Positions 19,907 through 30,650 of a stretch of DNA of 64,000 bases are shown piece after piece. Made by a program: the position numbers and the translations under genes. Positions within the stretch are counted from its first letter, which is position 1. Every line of letters begins with the position of its first letter. Source of the DNA: an uncultured delta proteobacterium (GTDB taxonomy: Bacteria; Desulfobacterota; Binatia; Binatales; Binataceae); contig CAWCDG010000003.1 in the NCBI GenBank assembly GCA_963794325.1, forward strand, positions 32,001 through 96,000, written 5' to 3'. A model generated the notes under the pieces. The model ran no database searches and was not told the origin of the DNA. It was given only the letters and a program-made list of their open reading frames with translations.

Positions 19907-20212
19907 TTACCAGACCCGGACCGGTTGAAGCGCGTCGTCAACCTGGTTCTGCGAGACCTGCTGCCCAGTCTTCATGCGCTCGACCAACTGATCGATTTGG
20001 TAGCTCTTCTGCGCAAAGGCGGGGTTGTCCTTGTTGCCTGTGCGGGCTTCGCGCTGCGCAGCTTCCGAGGCTTGCTGCAAGTCGGCAATCGTCTGCACGT
20101 CGGGCTGAGCGGTCGGGTAACTTCTCGAAATTCCGACGGGTCCCGCGAGAACCGGCGTCGAGAGCGCCAACGCCATCGTTCCTGCGGCTAAAATCGCTGA
20201 TAGTTTTTTCAT
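19907..20212 (-). CDS. Small secreted hypothetical protein
   Basis: MKKLSAILAAGTMALALSTPVLA signal peptide; AGGAG RBS. Confidence 0.75.
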   Translation of the reverse strand: MKKLSAILAAGTMALALSTPVLAGPVGISRSYPTAQPDVQTIADLQQASEAAQREARTGNKDNPAFAQKSYQIDQLVERMKTGQQVSQNQVDDALQPVRVW

Positions 20213-20402
20213 CTGACTCAATCTCCTTTTCAATTTTGCAACCGGATGCGGAAGCTTTCGCTTCCCACCTCATATTCGGCCTTCTGACATAAAGGCGTGA
20301 AAAATGGGCGCACAATGGAATTAGGCTCTATCCGGCGCAGGTGGTACGATTTTACAAACGCGCGGTTCGCCAGAAATTGGTCGAATCGTCCAGAGAACTC
20401 AC

Positions 20403-23400
20403 ATGGCACCTGATACGCGGAGCGCTCGATCGGCCGCGGCTGGAACGGGCGGGTCGGTGCAAAAAATCCATCCGGCGCAAAAGGGCATCTTTCGCAAAGA
20501 GGGTGAGTACTGGACTGTCGGTTACGGCGGGAAGTCCTTCCGTCTAAAAGACACTAAAGGTCTCGGGTACCTCGCCCATCTGCTGCGTCATCCCGCGGTC
20601 GAATTCCACGTGCTCGATCTGGTCGGCGGAATTGCGGGCCGGCATGACGAGGACGACAGCATCGGATCGGCGCACGGCTTGCCGCGCGGAGACGAGGATC
20701 TCGAAAAGGCCGGCATCCATATCGGCAGCCTCGGCGATGCGGGCGAGATGCTCGACGATCAAGCCAAGGTCGAATACAGACGCCGGCTTTCCGAATTGCG
20801 CGAAGAGCTCGAAGAAGCCAAGGAAGCGGGAAACGTCGAACGCGCCGAGCAGGCGGAAGAAGAGATCGAGGCGCTGACCAGGGAACTGTCGCGCGCAGTG
20901 GGACTGGGAGGACGTAATCGCAGGGCGGCGTCAGCTTCGGAGCGAGCCCGACAGAGCGTCACCAAGACGATCAAGGCGGTCCTGGAAAGAATCGAGCAGA
21001 GCGACGCGGCGCTCGGCGAGCTCCTATCGCGATCTATAACGACGGGCACCTACTGCTCCTACCAGCCCAATCCCGATTTTCCGATCGCATGGGAATTCGG
21101 TGCGGAAACTACGCCGCCTGACCCGGAGCCGGTTTCGAGTGTCGAGCCCGCGCCTTCGCGTATCGATCGTCCGCGGCCCTCGTCGCCGGTGTTACAGGTT
21201 TCGCCGTTCTCGCTCGCCGAACGGACTGCTTTCGTGGGGCGGGAAGCCGAGCGCAATCTGATTCGCACGGTGATCGATCGCGCGCTCGACGGCCACGGCT
21301 CAGTTGTGATGCTCGGAGGCGGACCCGGCGTGGGCAAGAGCCGCCTGGCGATGGAGATGGCCGAGTATGCGTCGCGAGTTGGCTTTCAATACCTCGTTGG
21401 GCATTGCTACGAACGAGACGAGCCTTTTCCATATCTACCTATCGTCGAGATTATCGAAAGCGGCCTGTCGCTGACGCCGAGCCTGGAGGAATACCGTCGG
21501 CGGATGGGCGACAACGCGCCCGAGCTTGCCCAGATCGCTCCCAGCCTTCGGCGAGTTTTTCCGGATATCCCGCCTCCGTTGGATCTGCCGCCCGCGCAGA
21601 AACGCCGCTATCTCTTTCAGAGCATCTCGGAGGGCCTGGCGCGCGCGTCTCGAACCCGTTCGTACGTGTACGTCATCGAGGATCTTCACTGGGCTGACGA
21701 ATCGACCTTGGCGCTTCTGATTCATCTGGCCAATCGCGTCGCTCAGCTCCCGATTGTGATCATCGGTACTTATCGCGACGGATATGCGGATCGGAACTCG
21801 ATGTTGGTCAGAACCCTCGAAGAGCTGATTCGGATGGGCAATCGTCCGCTGAAGCTGAGCGGTCTATCAAGCGAAGCCGTCGGACAGATGTTGCAGTCTC
21901 TCAGCCGGGGACAAGCTCCCCAAAGTCTGGTGAGCCTCATCTTTGAAGAGAGCCAGGGCTATCCTTTCTTCGTCGAGGAGGTGTACCGGCATCTGGTCGA
22001 AGAGGGGAAAGTTTTTGACGAGGCTGGCCAGTTCCGCACAGCGATCAAGATCGACGAGATCGACGTTCCGGAAAACGTGCGCTTGATCATCGGCCGCCGC
22101 CTCGAGCGGTTCGACGAGAACGAAAAGCGGGTGCTGGCCGCAGCAGCGATGATCGGGCGCGGCTTCAGTTTCCGACTCCTGACTCAGGTCAGCCAGATCG
22201 ACGTTGACGAACTCTTCACCGTCGTCGATAAGGCGCAGCAGATGGGAATCATCGTCGCCAGCTCCGAGGGACCCGAGAAACCGTTCACCTTCGCTCATCA
22301 ACTGGTGCGTCAGACGTTGCTGGCCGGTCTGTCGGTTCCGCGCAAACAACAAATGCACGCAGCGGTGGCCGATGCGATCGAGCTGGTCTTTCCCCGTTTC
22401 ATCAATGAGCGCGCCGGCGAGATCACTGACCATCTGCTCAAGGCAGGATCGTTCGCGGACGGCCGGAGATTGGTGCGTTACCTGATGCTGGCGGGCAAGA
22501 ACGCACTCGAAGCTGCTGCATTCGAGGAAGCGCGGCGCAGTTTTCGGTCGGCGCTGTCGTATGAAGGTGCGCTTGAGCAGCGGGAAAAAGCGGAGTTGTT
22601 GGCGAGCCTCGCGATTGCCGATCTAAGTCTTGAGCATTGGGACGCTGCGCTCACCAGTCTTCGCGAGGCACTCGAAATTTACACCAATCTCGGCGACCGG
22701 CAGATGATCGGCAAGAGCTTTGCCGAGTTGGCCGATGCATTTGTTTGGGTTGGCCGCTTCCGGGACGCGAGCGAAACCGCGCGTCGCGGACTCGACTACC
22801 TCGGCCAGGACGTCAGCGCCAACCGGCTGAACCTTCTCGCTGCGCTTGGCCACGCTAGCGCGGCGTCCGCGGGCCACGAAAAGGCTTGTGAGGCGCTGCG
22901 GGAAGCCCTGGATATTGCATCCAACCTTTCCGATCCAAAGCTTGAGGCCAGGGTGCTCGGCGCTCGGTGTATAGTAAATCTGCATTTCTTCCGATTGAAG
23001 GAAGCCGCCGCCGATGGACTTCTTAGCGAAAAGCTGGCTGGAGCGGAAGCGCCTCCGTGGCAGCGCGCCACGCAACTGCGAGTTCTACATCAGGCACTGT
23101 TAACTCTGGGGCGTTTGGACGAGGCTCTCAGAATAGCGGCAGTACTTGAGCCGCTGGCGACCAAGATAGGGCAAGCTTATTCCATCGCGCTTTGCCTGAG
23201 CACCCGAACCTGGCTCGAATTTGTCAGAGAGCCCAACCTGACCAAGCTCGATGCCGGCTTCCAGGAAGTGGCGAAGTCCGATGCGAAGGTGAGGTTTCCC
23301 TTTTGGGAAGTACTCTCCGAGGTACAACTAAGTGCGTTGGACTTTGTTCGCGGCGATTGGCCAAGCGCTCTAGCGCATGCTCGCAACGCTTCACGTATCG

Positions 23401-23963
23401 ATCCGCAAATGAGTTCAATCCAGGGCTTCGGTGAGGGAACTCTTTTTCGGCAGATGGCATATGCCGGCGATCGCGACGGTGCATTGGCATTGCTTGAAAA
23501 CCATCGCACCTCGCTGCCGGTCAGCGGCCGGGAGAATACCAGAGGATCGTGGTGGATGCTGGCGCTGGTGGTCGAGGGCCTTTTCATGCTCGGAGAGCAT
23601 GCGCAAGCCGGAGAGCTTTACCCGCTGGTTCGCGATTTGATCGACACTGGAGCAGTCGTAGTTTGGCCGATCCCACGCTACACCCAGACTGTCGCCGGCC
23701 TCGCCGCCGCTGGGGCACGTCAGTGGGAAGCCGCCGAAAAACATTTTCAGGTCGCGATGCGGCAGGCCGATTTCTTTCCGGATCGCCCCGAACAAGCTGA
23801 GATACACCGCTTCCACGCGATGATGCTCAGGGACCGCGCAGGCCGAGGCGATCGCGAAAAAGCGCAAACACTACTCAATGAGGCGCTCGAGACCTACACG
23901 CATATCGGGATGCCGCGCCACATCGAGATGATCCAGGCTCTCGCTAAACACCTGTCCGGGTGA
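20403..23963 (+). CDS. AAA/STAND-like ATPase with TPR; paralog of 14063-17398
   Basis: Same N-terminal domain (FRKEGEYWT..KGLGYLAHLL..GLGGRNRRA), GGPGVGKS, IEDLHWAD. Confidence 0.87.
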   Translation: MAPDTRSARSAAAGTGGSVQKIHPAQKGIFRKEGEYWTVGYGGKSFRLKDTKGLGYLAHLLRHPAVEFHVLDLVGGIAGRHDEDDSIGSAHGLPRGDEDLEKAGIHIGSLGDAGEMLDDQAKVEYRRRLSELREELEEAKEAGNVERAEQAEEEIEALTRELSRAVGLGGRNRRAASASERARQSVTKTIKAVLERIEQSDAALGELLSRSITTGTYCSYQPNPDFPIAWEFGAETTPPDPEPVSSVEPAPSRIDRPRPSSPVLQVSPFSLAERTAFVGREAERNLIRTVIDRALDGHGSVVMLGGGPGVGKSRLAMEMAEYASRVGFQYLVGHCYERDEPFPYLPIVEIIESGLSLTPSLEEYRRRMGDNAPELAQIAPSLRRVFPDIPPPLDLPPAQKRRYLFQSISEGLARASRTRSYVYVIEDLHWADESTLALLIHLANRVAQLPIVIIGTYRDGYADRNSMLVRTLEELIRMGNRPLKLSGLSSEAVGQMLQSLSRGQAPQSLVSLIFEESQGYPFFVEEVYRHLVEEGKVFDEAGQFRTAIKIDEIDVPENVRLIIGRRLERFDENEKRVLAAAAMIGRGFSFRLLTQVSQIDVDELFTVVDKAQQMGIIVASSEGPEKPFTFAHQLVRQTLLAGLSVPRKQQMHAAVADAIELVFPRFINERAGEITDHLLKAGSFADGRRLVRYLMLAGKNALEAAAFEEARRSFRSALSYEGALEQREKAELLASLAIADLSLEHWDAALTSLREALEIYTNLGDRQMIGKSFAELADAFVWVGRFRDASETARRGLDYLGQDVSANRLNLLAALGHASAASAGHEKACEALREALDIASNLSDPKLEARVLGARCIVNLHFFRLKEAAADGLLSEKLAGAEAPPWQRATQLRVLHQALLTLGRLDEALRIAAVLEPLATKIGQAYSIALCLSTRTWLEFVREPNLTKLDAGFQEVAKSDAKVRFPFWEVLSEVQLSALDFVRGDWPSALAHARNASRIDPQMSSIQGFGEGTLFRQMAYAGDRDGALALLENHRTSLPVSGRENTRGSWWMLALVVEGLFMLGEHAQAGELYPLVRDLIDTGAVVVWPIPRYTQTVAGLAAAGARQWEAAEKHFQVAMRQADFFPDRPEQAEIHRFHAMMLRDRAGRGDREKAQTLLNEALETYTHIGMPRHIEMIQALAKHLSG

Positions 23964-24990
23964 TAGCGAGCCTCACGGAATTCTGATCCGTCGCATTCGA
24001 ACTGCCGCGAGATGGCGGCGCCATGAATTCCGGGCCCACGGGCTTCTTGATGGTGTCGCGGACGATCCGATCGATCGCGCGAAGCGCGCTGGTATCGAGC
24101 GTCCATCCCATCACGTCGCCGACCGGGTCGAGCTGGTTCGGATGCCGGGCGCCCCACAGCGCGGCCGACACGCCCGGCTGATCGAGTACCCATCTCAGTG
24201 CGAGGTGGATGACTCGCTTGCCGTAATTTTTCTGTGCGAATTGATCCAGCAGCCTGACCGCCTCGAGGTACTGCTCGAATCGCGGCGGCTGAAATTTCGG
24301 ATCGGTTCGCCGCAGGTCGTCGCCTTCGAATTTGGTGTCACGATTCATCCGGCCGCTAAGCAGTCCGCGGCAGATTGCGCCGTAAGCGAAAACCGCGATT
24401 CCTTCCCACGCGCAGTGGGGCAGGACATCCTTTTCGATCTGGCGCTCGAAGAGATTGTAGGGCGGCTGCGCGGTATGAATCGGAGCGACCAGCCCGAATT
24501 CATTCATCTGCGCCGACGAAAAATTGCTCACCCCGATCGCGCGGATTTTGCCTTGGTGGAGCAGGGCGGCCATCGCGTCGGCAGTCTCGCTGATCGGAGT
24601 CATCGGATCAGGCCAGTGCACCTGGTAGATGTCGATCACGTCGGTCCTGAGCCGCTTCAGCGAGGCCTCGACCTCCGCAAAGATTCGGCTACGGGTCGCA
24701 TTGCGAAACGGCTGTTCGTTGGCCCAGTCGAGTCCGACCTTGGTGGCTATCGTTACGCGATTTCTCATACCGCCCAACTCGATCGCTTTTCCGACAATCT
24801 CTTCTGACCTGCCAAAACCGTACACCGGCGCGGTGTCGATCAGCGTGATTCCGCGATCGACCGCCGAATGGATCGTGCGGATCGATTCCGCTTCATCCGT
24901 GCCGCCCCACATCCATCCGCCCATTGCCCACGTGCCAAGACCGATGCGCGAAAACTGGAGATCCGCGTTTGGGATTCTGATGGTTTCCAT
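23944..24990 (-). CDS. Aldo/keto reductase
   Basis: GLGTW, IDTAPVYG, IATKVG, YQVHWPD, GVSNF. Confidence 0.92.
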   Translation of the reverse strand: METIRIPNADLQFSRIGLGTWAMGGWMWGGTDEAESIRTIHSAVDRGITLIDTAPVYGFGRSEEIVGKAIELGGMRNRVTIATKVGLDWANEQPFRNATRSRIFAEVEASLKRLRTDVIDIYQVHWPDPMTPISETADAMAALLHQGKIRAIGVSNFSSAQMNEFGLVAPIHTAQPPYNLFERQIEKDVLPHCAWEGIAVFAYGAICRGLLSGRMNRDTKFEGDDLRRTDPKFQPPRFEQYLEAVRLLDQFAQKNYGKRVIHLALRWVLDQPGVSAALWGARHPNQLDPVGDVMGWTLDTSALRAIDRIVRDTIKKPVGPEFMAPPSRGSSNATDQNSVRLAITRTGV

Positions 24991-25001
24991 TTTTTCTCCT
25001 T

Positions 25002-26192
25002 TCACGATTTACTTGGACTGTTCTCGACTGGTTGAACTGGTTCGCCGTCGCGTGCGGCCTCCCCGACGTTCACCGCGATCTGATCGCCCGCGCGAAGGTC
25101 GCCATTGACTTCGACCGTGTAACCGTCGTCATGGCCGAGCGTCACCTCGACCAGCTTGAGATGGTTCTCGCGCACCACCGGCAAATAGATTTTGTCATTG
25201 CGGAATACGAGCGCGTCGTCGGGCGCGGTCAGACCTGAGACCGTCACGTGTGCCGTCATCTTCATGTTCGCGTACATCCCGGGGGCCAGCGACCGATCCT
25301 TATTTGGCAGATCGACCTCGACCTGCATCGTGCGGGTGGTTTGATCGAGCGCCTCGGGATGACGCGTGACCGTGCCGGTAAAGGTGCGGCCCGGATAGTC
25401 GATGACGGTTACGCTGGCGGGATCGCCGTCTTCGATAAACGACGAAATGCTTTGCGGCACAAAAGCGTAAACCCGCAGCGGCGTCTGGCTTGACAGCGAT
25501 ACGATCGGCGTCGAGGTGCTGCTGGTGGAGTAGAAAACTGCGTTCGGCGTCGAAGAGACGGGCGCGGTGGCCGCCGGAATCAACGTGCCAGGATCGACGA
25601 AGCGCGCAGTTACGATGCCGTCGAAGGGCGCCCGCACTACCTCGTACCCTTGCATCGCTAGCTCTTGTTCGTAGGCCGCCTTGGCCTGGAGCATCGCGGA
25701 GTGAGTCATGTCGGCGGTCTGCTGCGGAACGACCTGCTGACGAACGAGTTCCTGATTGCGAATGTCGGTGACGTCTTGAATCCAATAGAACGAGCGCGCA
25801 TCCGCCACCAGCTTGTCGGTCTCAGGCGACTCGATGATTGCGATTACTTGGCCAGCCTTGACGTGGTCGCCCTTGTCCACGTTGATGGTCTTCATGTATC
25901 CGGCGACCTTGGCGTAGACCGGAGTCTCGATGTAGCCGTGGATGCTGGCCGGAAGCTCGATCGTCCGCGACGAATCGCCGCCCGACAATTGCGTCACCAG
26001 CACGTGCGGTCCGAGCGCGGCGGTCTGTGAAAGCTCCGTCGTTTGCCGTTGGATGAGTTGCTGCCGCGCCAGCACCAATCCCCCGGAGACGGTGAACGCG
26101 ATAATCACTGCCGCAAACAACGCGATCATCAGTAACCGGCCCGGCCTGCGTTGATTGTGGTTCTCTTCTGCCTGCGTATCGGTGGAACTCAT
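25002..26192 (-). CDS. RND efflux periplasmic adaptor subunit
   Basis: N-terminal TM, YAKVAGY..VDKGDHVKAGQ, RAPFDG, LAPGMYA; start reset to MSST. Confidence 0.9.
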   Translation of the reverse strand: MSSTDTQAEENHNQRRPGRLLMIALFAAVIIAFTVSGGLVLARQQLIQRQTTELSQTAALGPHVLVTQLSGGDSSRTIELPASIHGYIETPVYAKVAGYMKTINVDKGDHVKAGQVIAIIESPETDKLVADARSFYWIQDVTDIRNQELVRQQVVPQQTADMTHSAMLQAKAAYEQELAMQGYEVVRAPFDGIVTARFVDPGTLIPAATAPVSSTPNAVFYSTSSTSTPIVSLSSQTPLRVYAFVPQSISSFIEDGDPASVTVIDYPGRTFTGTVTRHPEALDQTTRTMQVEVDLPNKDRSLAPGMYANMKMTAHVTVSGLTAPDDALVFRNDKIYLPVVRENHLKLVEVTLGHDDGYTVEVNGDLRAGDQIAVNVGEAARDGEPVQPVENSPSKS

Positions 26193-26194
26193 TG

Positions 26195-29100
26195 TTAGGC
26201 TCCTGGCTCTGAGATCGCTTGTACGCGTTGGTCGCGCTGAAGTTTGGTGATTAGTGTGCGGCTGAAGATCGAGTAGACCGCTGGCACCACGAACAGGGTC
26301 ATCAAGGTTGCCGCGAAAAGTCCGCCGATGACGGCGCGTCCCAGCGGCGCGTTCTGCTCCGACCCCTCGCCAATCGCGAGCGCCATCGGCAGCATCCCTA
26401 GAATCATCGCGAGCGCCGTCATGATGATCGGCCGGAAACGGACGTGGCCCGCTTCGATCGCAGCTTCGACCGGCCCCATCCCTTCCTCGCGCATCTCGTT
26501 GGCGAAAGTGATAAGCAGGTTGCCGTTGGCGACGCCGACGCCCACCGCCATGATCGCGCCCATCAGCGACTCGACGTTGATCGTTGTGCCGGTCAGCACC
26601 AGCATCCAGAGCACGCCGGCCAGCGCGCCCGGCACCGCCATAATGATGATGAACGGCTCGAGCCACGACTGAAAATTCGCGACCATCAGCAGATAGACCA
26701 GGACGATCGCCAGGATCAGCCCGAGGCCCATCGTCTTGAACGATTGGTTCATCGCCTGGCTCTGCCCGCGAATGACGACGTGGGTGCCGGCCGGCAGTTG
26801 GCCGAGACTGTCGATCGCCTTTTGCACCGCGCTGGTCGTGCTGCCGAGGTCTCGTCCACTGACGCCGCAATCCACGTCGATAACTCGCTGCACCGTGTAG
26901 TGCGCGACCACGGCGGGGTCGACGTTGTGACTGATCGACGCAACGTTGCCGAGAAATTGCACCGCCTGCGTGCTGGTTCCATTGGTGAGCGGCGTATTGG
27001 CAATTTGATCGACCGACGCAGTCGTCTCGATCGGCGCCTGGGTCACGACGTTGTAATTGACGCCGTTAACCGGATCGAGCCAGTAGTTCGGTGAGATAAG
27101 AGTGTTGCCGCTCAGCGACGACAGCAGCCCCGACGCGACTTGCTGCTCGGTCACTCCGAGCTCGAGCGCCTTGGCGCGATCGACTTTCACCTTGAAGGAC
27201 GGGTAGTCCAGCGGCTCCGCAATCCGCATATCGGTGACGCCCGGAATCAGCGCCATCTTCGCGGCGAGGCGCGCGGCGATCTGGTAGTCGGAGTGGAGAT
27301 CGTTGCCGTTGATCTGAGCGTCGATCGCTGCCGGAAGTCCGAAGTTCAGCACCTCGTTCACGATGTCGGCGGCCATGAAATAGCCCGTGATATTCGGGAA
27401 CTTCGTGCTCATCATTTGGCGGATGCGATCCATGTAAACGGCGCTCGGATGATGATTGGGCTTGAGCTGGATCAGGATTTCGCCGTCCTGCGGACCTATG
27501 TTGTCGCTCGGGAAAAACGCGATCGCATACGGCTGCGGCAGATCGATGTCGTCGCTTATCTGCTGCAGCTCATCGGGCGGAATGATCTTCCGGATCTCGC
27601 GCTCGATATCGTCGACAATCACCGCGGTCCGCTCGATGCGCGTGCCGCTCGGCGCGCGCACGTGAAACTTCATGAGCCCGGCGTCCACCGTCGGAAAGAA
27701 ATCCTCGCCGGTGACGTACAGCAGCGGGAGCGTGCCGAGAATCATCAGCGCTGCACAAGTGAGTGCGAGGCCGCGATGCGCAATGAAGGCGCTCACGCCG
27801 GACACATAATGCTTGCGGATGCGCTCGAAGCCGGCTTCGAATCCGCCCAGGAACCGGCGCCACAGACTGTTGCCCCCGACCTCCTGGTGCTTCTCCGGCA
27901 GCAGGTATGAGGCCATCGTCGGCACCAGCGTGCGCGACAGCAGGTACGAGGTCAGCATCGCGAACACGACCGCAAGCGCCAGCGGAGTGAACAGAAAGCG
28001 AGCGACGCCGGTCAGTAGGACGACCGGGAGAAACACGATGCAGATGGAAAGCGTGCCGATGAAGGTCGGCGTCGCAATCTGATGCGCGCCGTCCAGAATC
28101 GCAACCAGCAGCGGCTTGTTCATCGCGTGATTGCGATGGATATTCTCGACCTCGACCGTCGCGTCATCCACCAGCATCCCGACCGCAAGCGCAATTCCGC
28201 CCAGCGTCATCGTGTTGATCGTCTGACCCGCCAGGTGCAGGCAAAAGATCGAGGTAAGAATCGAGAGCGGGATCGACGCGATAACGATCAGCATGCTGGC
28301 CGGCGATCCGATGAATATCAGCACCATCAACGCCACCAGCGCCGCCGCGATCACCGCCTCGCGCACCACCTCCCATAGCGACGCGCGAACGAAAGCGGAC
28401 TGATCGAAGGTGAGCGCCACCTTGAGGCCCTTGGGCGCGACCGCGAGAATTTCCGGGATGCGCGCCCGCACCGCATCGACGACTGACAGCGTCGAGGCGG
28501 CCGCGTGCTTGATTACCAGCAGGAAGGTTGCAGGTCGCCCGTCGATACGCACGACGTTGGTCTGCGGCTGATGCGTGTCGCTGACCGGCGCGATATCGCC
28601 GAGAAAAATCGGGATGCCGTTGGTCACTCTGACCGGCAACCGGTTGAACTCGGACACCTTGGTCGGATTCATGTTGAGATCGACGTCGTACTCGTAGTTG
28701 CCCATGCGAGCGGTGCCCGACGGGATGACGACGTTGGTCGTCGAGAGCGCATTGCCGATATCCACCGGCGACAGGCCGTTGGCGTACATCTGTTTGGGAT
28801 CTAGGTTGACGACGACCGCGCGCTGTACGCCGCCGATCGGCGCGGGCGACGAAAATCCGGGTATCGTGAACAGTTGCAGTCGAATGAAATTCAAGCCGTA
28901 GTCAAAGAGCTGTTGCTGCGAGAGCGTCTCGCTATAGATGTTGAGCTGAGCGACCGGAACATTCGCCGCGTTGTAGGAAATGATATTTGGAGCGGTGGTG
29001 CCGAGTGGCGCCTGGCGCAGAATCGTTTCCGAAACCGCATTGATTTGCGCTATGGCGGCGCCGATATCCGTGCCCGGCTGGAAATAAACTTTGAGCACGC

Positions 29101-29371
29101 CGATCCCGAGAATCGACTCCGACTCGATATGCTCGATTCCGTCGACCGTCGTCGAATAAGCGCGCTCGCTGATGATCACCAGCCGGCGCTCCATATCAAC
29201 CGCGTTGAGCCCGGGGTAGCTCCAAACCACCATCACGACTGGCAAATTGATAGCTGGGAAAATATCGACGTTCATCATGGTGAACGACAAGGTACCCATC
29301 ACCAGCATCAGCAGAGCCATAACCGCCACTGAGAGCGGACGCCGCAGCGCGAGTCGTACTATCCACATCAT
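26195..29371 (-). CDS. RND efflux permease (AcrB/CusA family)
   Basis: GMLVDDATVEVENI, RFRPIIMT, APLGRAVIGG; 1058 aa. Confidence 0.95.
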   Translation of the reverse strand: MMWIVRLALRRPLSVAVMALLMLVMGTLSFTMMNVDIFPAINLPVVMVVWSYPGLNAVDMERRLVIISERAYSTTVDGIEHIESESILGIGVLKVYFQPGTDIGAAIAQINAVSETILRQAPLGTTAPNIISYNAANVPVAQLNIYSETLSQQQLFDYGLNFIRLQLFTIPGFSSPAPIGGVQRAVVVNLDPKQMYANGLSPVDIGNALSTTNVVIPSGTARMGNYEYDVDLNMNPTKVSEFNRLPVRVTNGIPIFLGDIAPVSDTHQPQTNVVRIDGRPATFLLVIKHAAASTLSVVDAVRARIPEILAVAPKGLKVALTFDQSAFVRASLWEVVREAVIAAALVALMVLIFIGSPASMLIVIASIPLSILTSIFCLHLAGQTINTMTLGGIALAVGMLVDDATVEVENIHRNHAMNKPLLVAILDGAHQIATPTFIGTLSICIVFLPVVLLTGVARFLFTPLALAVVFAMLTSYLLSRTLVPTMASYLLPEKHQEVGGNSLWRRFLGGFEAGFERIRKHYVSGVSAFIAHRGLALTCAALMILGTLPLLYVTGEDFFPTVDAGLMKFHVRAPSGTRIERTAVIVDDIEREIRKIIPPDELQQISDDIDLPQPYAIAFFPSDNIGPQDGEILIQLKPNHHPSAVYMDRIRQMMSTKFPNITGYFMAADIVNEVLNFGLPAAIDAQINGNDLHSDYQIAARLAAKMALIPGVTDMRIAEPLDYPSFKVKVDRAKALELGVTEQQVASGLLSSLSGNTLISPNYWLDPVNGVNYNVVTQAPIETTASVDQIANTPLTNGTSTQAVQFLGNVASISHNVDPAVVAHYTVQRVIDVDCGVSGRDLGSTTSAVQKAIDSLGQLPAGTHVVIRGQSQAMNQSFKTMGLGLILAIVLVYLLMVANFQSWLEPFIIIMAVPGALAGVLWMLVLTGTTINVESLMGAIMAVGVGVANGNLLITFANEMREEGMGPVEAAIEAGHVRFRPIIMTALAMILGMLPMALAIGEGSEQNAPLGRAVIGGLFAATLMTLFVVPAVYSIFSRTLITKLQRDQRVQAISEPGA

Positions 29372-29403
29372 GGCTGGATCACCTCCCTGTACGTCTCAGT
29401 TGC

Positions 29404-30342
29404 TCATCGCGCTGCTTGAATCTTTAATCTTGAAGTCAGGCTGGCCGGCTGAGGCTCATGGACGCGCGCGAGGCGTTCCATTTCGCTGATCACGCTCGAG
29501 AAATCCTCGTCGCCATTTACAGCGGTACGCGCCGCATTGATCTGAAGCGCGGCGGCAGTCACCGGCATCGGTGCGCCGACTTCGCCCGCCTTCTCGAGAA
29601 TCAATCTGAAGTCCTTGTTCATCAGGCGCAGCGGGAACTGAGGCGAATAGTCATCGTGCTCCGCACGCAGCAGCTTGTTTTGATGTGCCGGCGAAATGAC
29701 GGCCGTCTTGGCGAGGACTTCGAGCAGGCGTTTGCGGTCGAGGCCCGCCTTCTCTCCGAACGCGACGGCCTCCGCGATTGCCTGCATGTTCACCCCGAGC
29801 AAAGCATTGACCACCAGCTTCATCGCGGTCCCGGAACCGCTCGGCCCCATAAGAAAATACTGCTTCGCTATCGCGGCAAAGATCGGCTGGCATGCGTCGA
29901 ACACCTTCACATCGCCGCCACCGAGCAGCGTCAACGTCCCACTCTCTGCGGCGGGGGTGCTACCGGAAATCGCGACATCCAGGACTTCGATCCCGCGCTC
30001 GACGCCCATCCGATGGAGCACTCGCGACGTGTCCGGCGAGATGGTGCTCATCTCGATCACGACGGTGCCGGGATTCGCGCAGGCGATAACTCCTTCTGGA
30101 CCCTGATAGACGCTCAGCACCGCTTGGTCGTTGGGCAGGCACGAGATTATTACCTCTGACTTCCTCGCGAGCTGGCGAACGTTCGGGGCGGCGGTCGCTC
30201 CGTGGGCAACCAGCGCGCCAGCTTTACGACTCGTATGGTCGTACGCGACCAGTTTGAAGCCGCTGTTGAGAAGCCTGCGCGCCATTAGCTGTCCCATCGC
30301 GCCAAGCCCTACGAATCCAATCGTTGAATTTTGCGAAATCAT
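29404..30342 (-). CDS. Beta-hydroxyacid dehydrogenase (3-hydroxyisobutyrate/tartronate semialdehyde reductase family)
   Basis: GFVGLGAMG, EMSTISP, AMKLVVN, KDF. Confidence 0.9.
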   Translation of the reverse strand: MISQNSTIGFVGLGAMGQLMARRLLNSGFKLVAYDHTSRKAGALVAHGATAAPNVRQLARKSEVIISCLPNDQAVLSVYQGPEGVIACANPGTVVIEMSTISPDTSRVLHRMGVERGIEVLDVAISGSTPAAESGTLTLLGGGDVKVFDACQPIFAAIAKQYFLMGPSGSGTAMKLVVNALLGVNMQAIAEAVAFGEKAGLDRKRLLEVLAKTAVISPAHQNKLLRAEHDDYSPQFPLRLMNKDFRLILEKAGEVGAPMPVTAAALQINAARTAVNGDEDFSSVISEMERLARVHEPQPASLTSRLKIQAAR

Positions 30343-30650
30343 GGTCTGGTCCCTCCAACGAAAAGCGAAAACGAAAATTCGCGAAAAATCGCTAAATGAT
30401 TGAGAAAGCCACCAACATCGAAACGACGGTCACGACCATCAGCGCCAGCCCGATCATCGCGAGAGCGAGTGCTGCGGTGTCCTCATTGTACGAGCCATAC
30501 GGAATCGCACGCGGGTGAACGATTTTCGTCTCGTGGGGCATAACCCTGGTAAAATGTCGGTAGTTTATGGGGAATTTCGTGTACATTGTTCTGAACCTCT
30601 CAACCAAAAAGGCGTGAAAAATCGGCGCACGATCAGCGTGCTACGCGATT

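Noticed and set aside
26193-26870. N-terminal extension of the 622-aa adaptor ORF
   Set aside because: It overlaps the RND permease in another frame; the real start is 26192.
30392-30607. 71-aa ORF with a C-terminal hydrophobic segment
   Set aside because: It may be real, but there is no RBS or family evidence to support a call.
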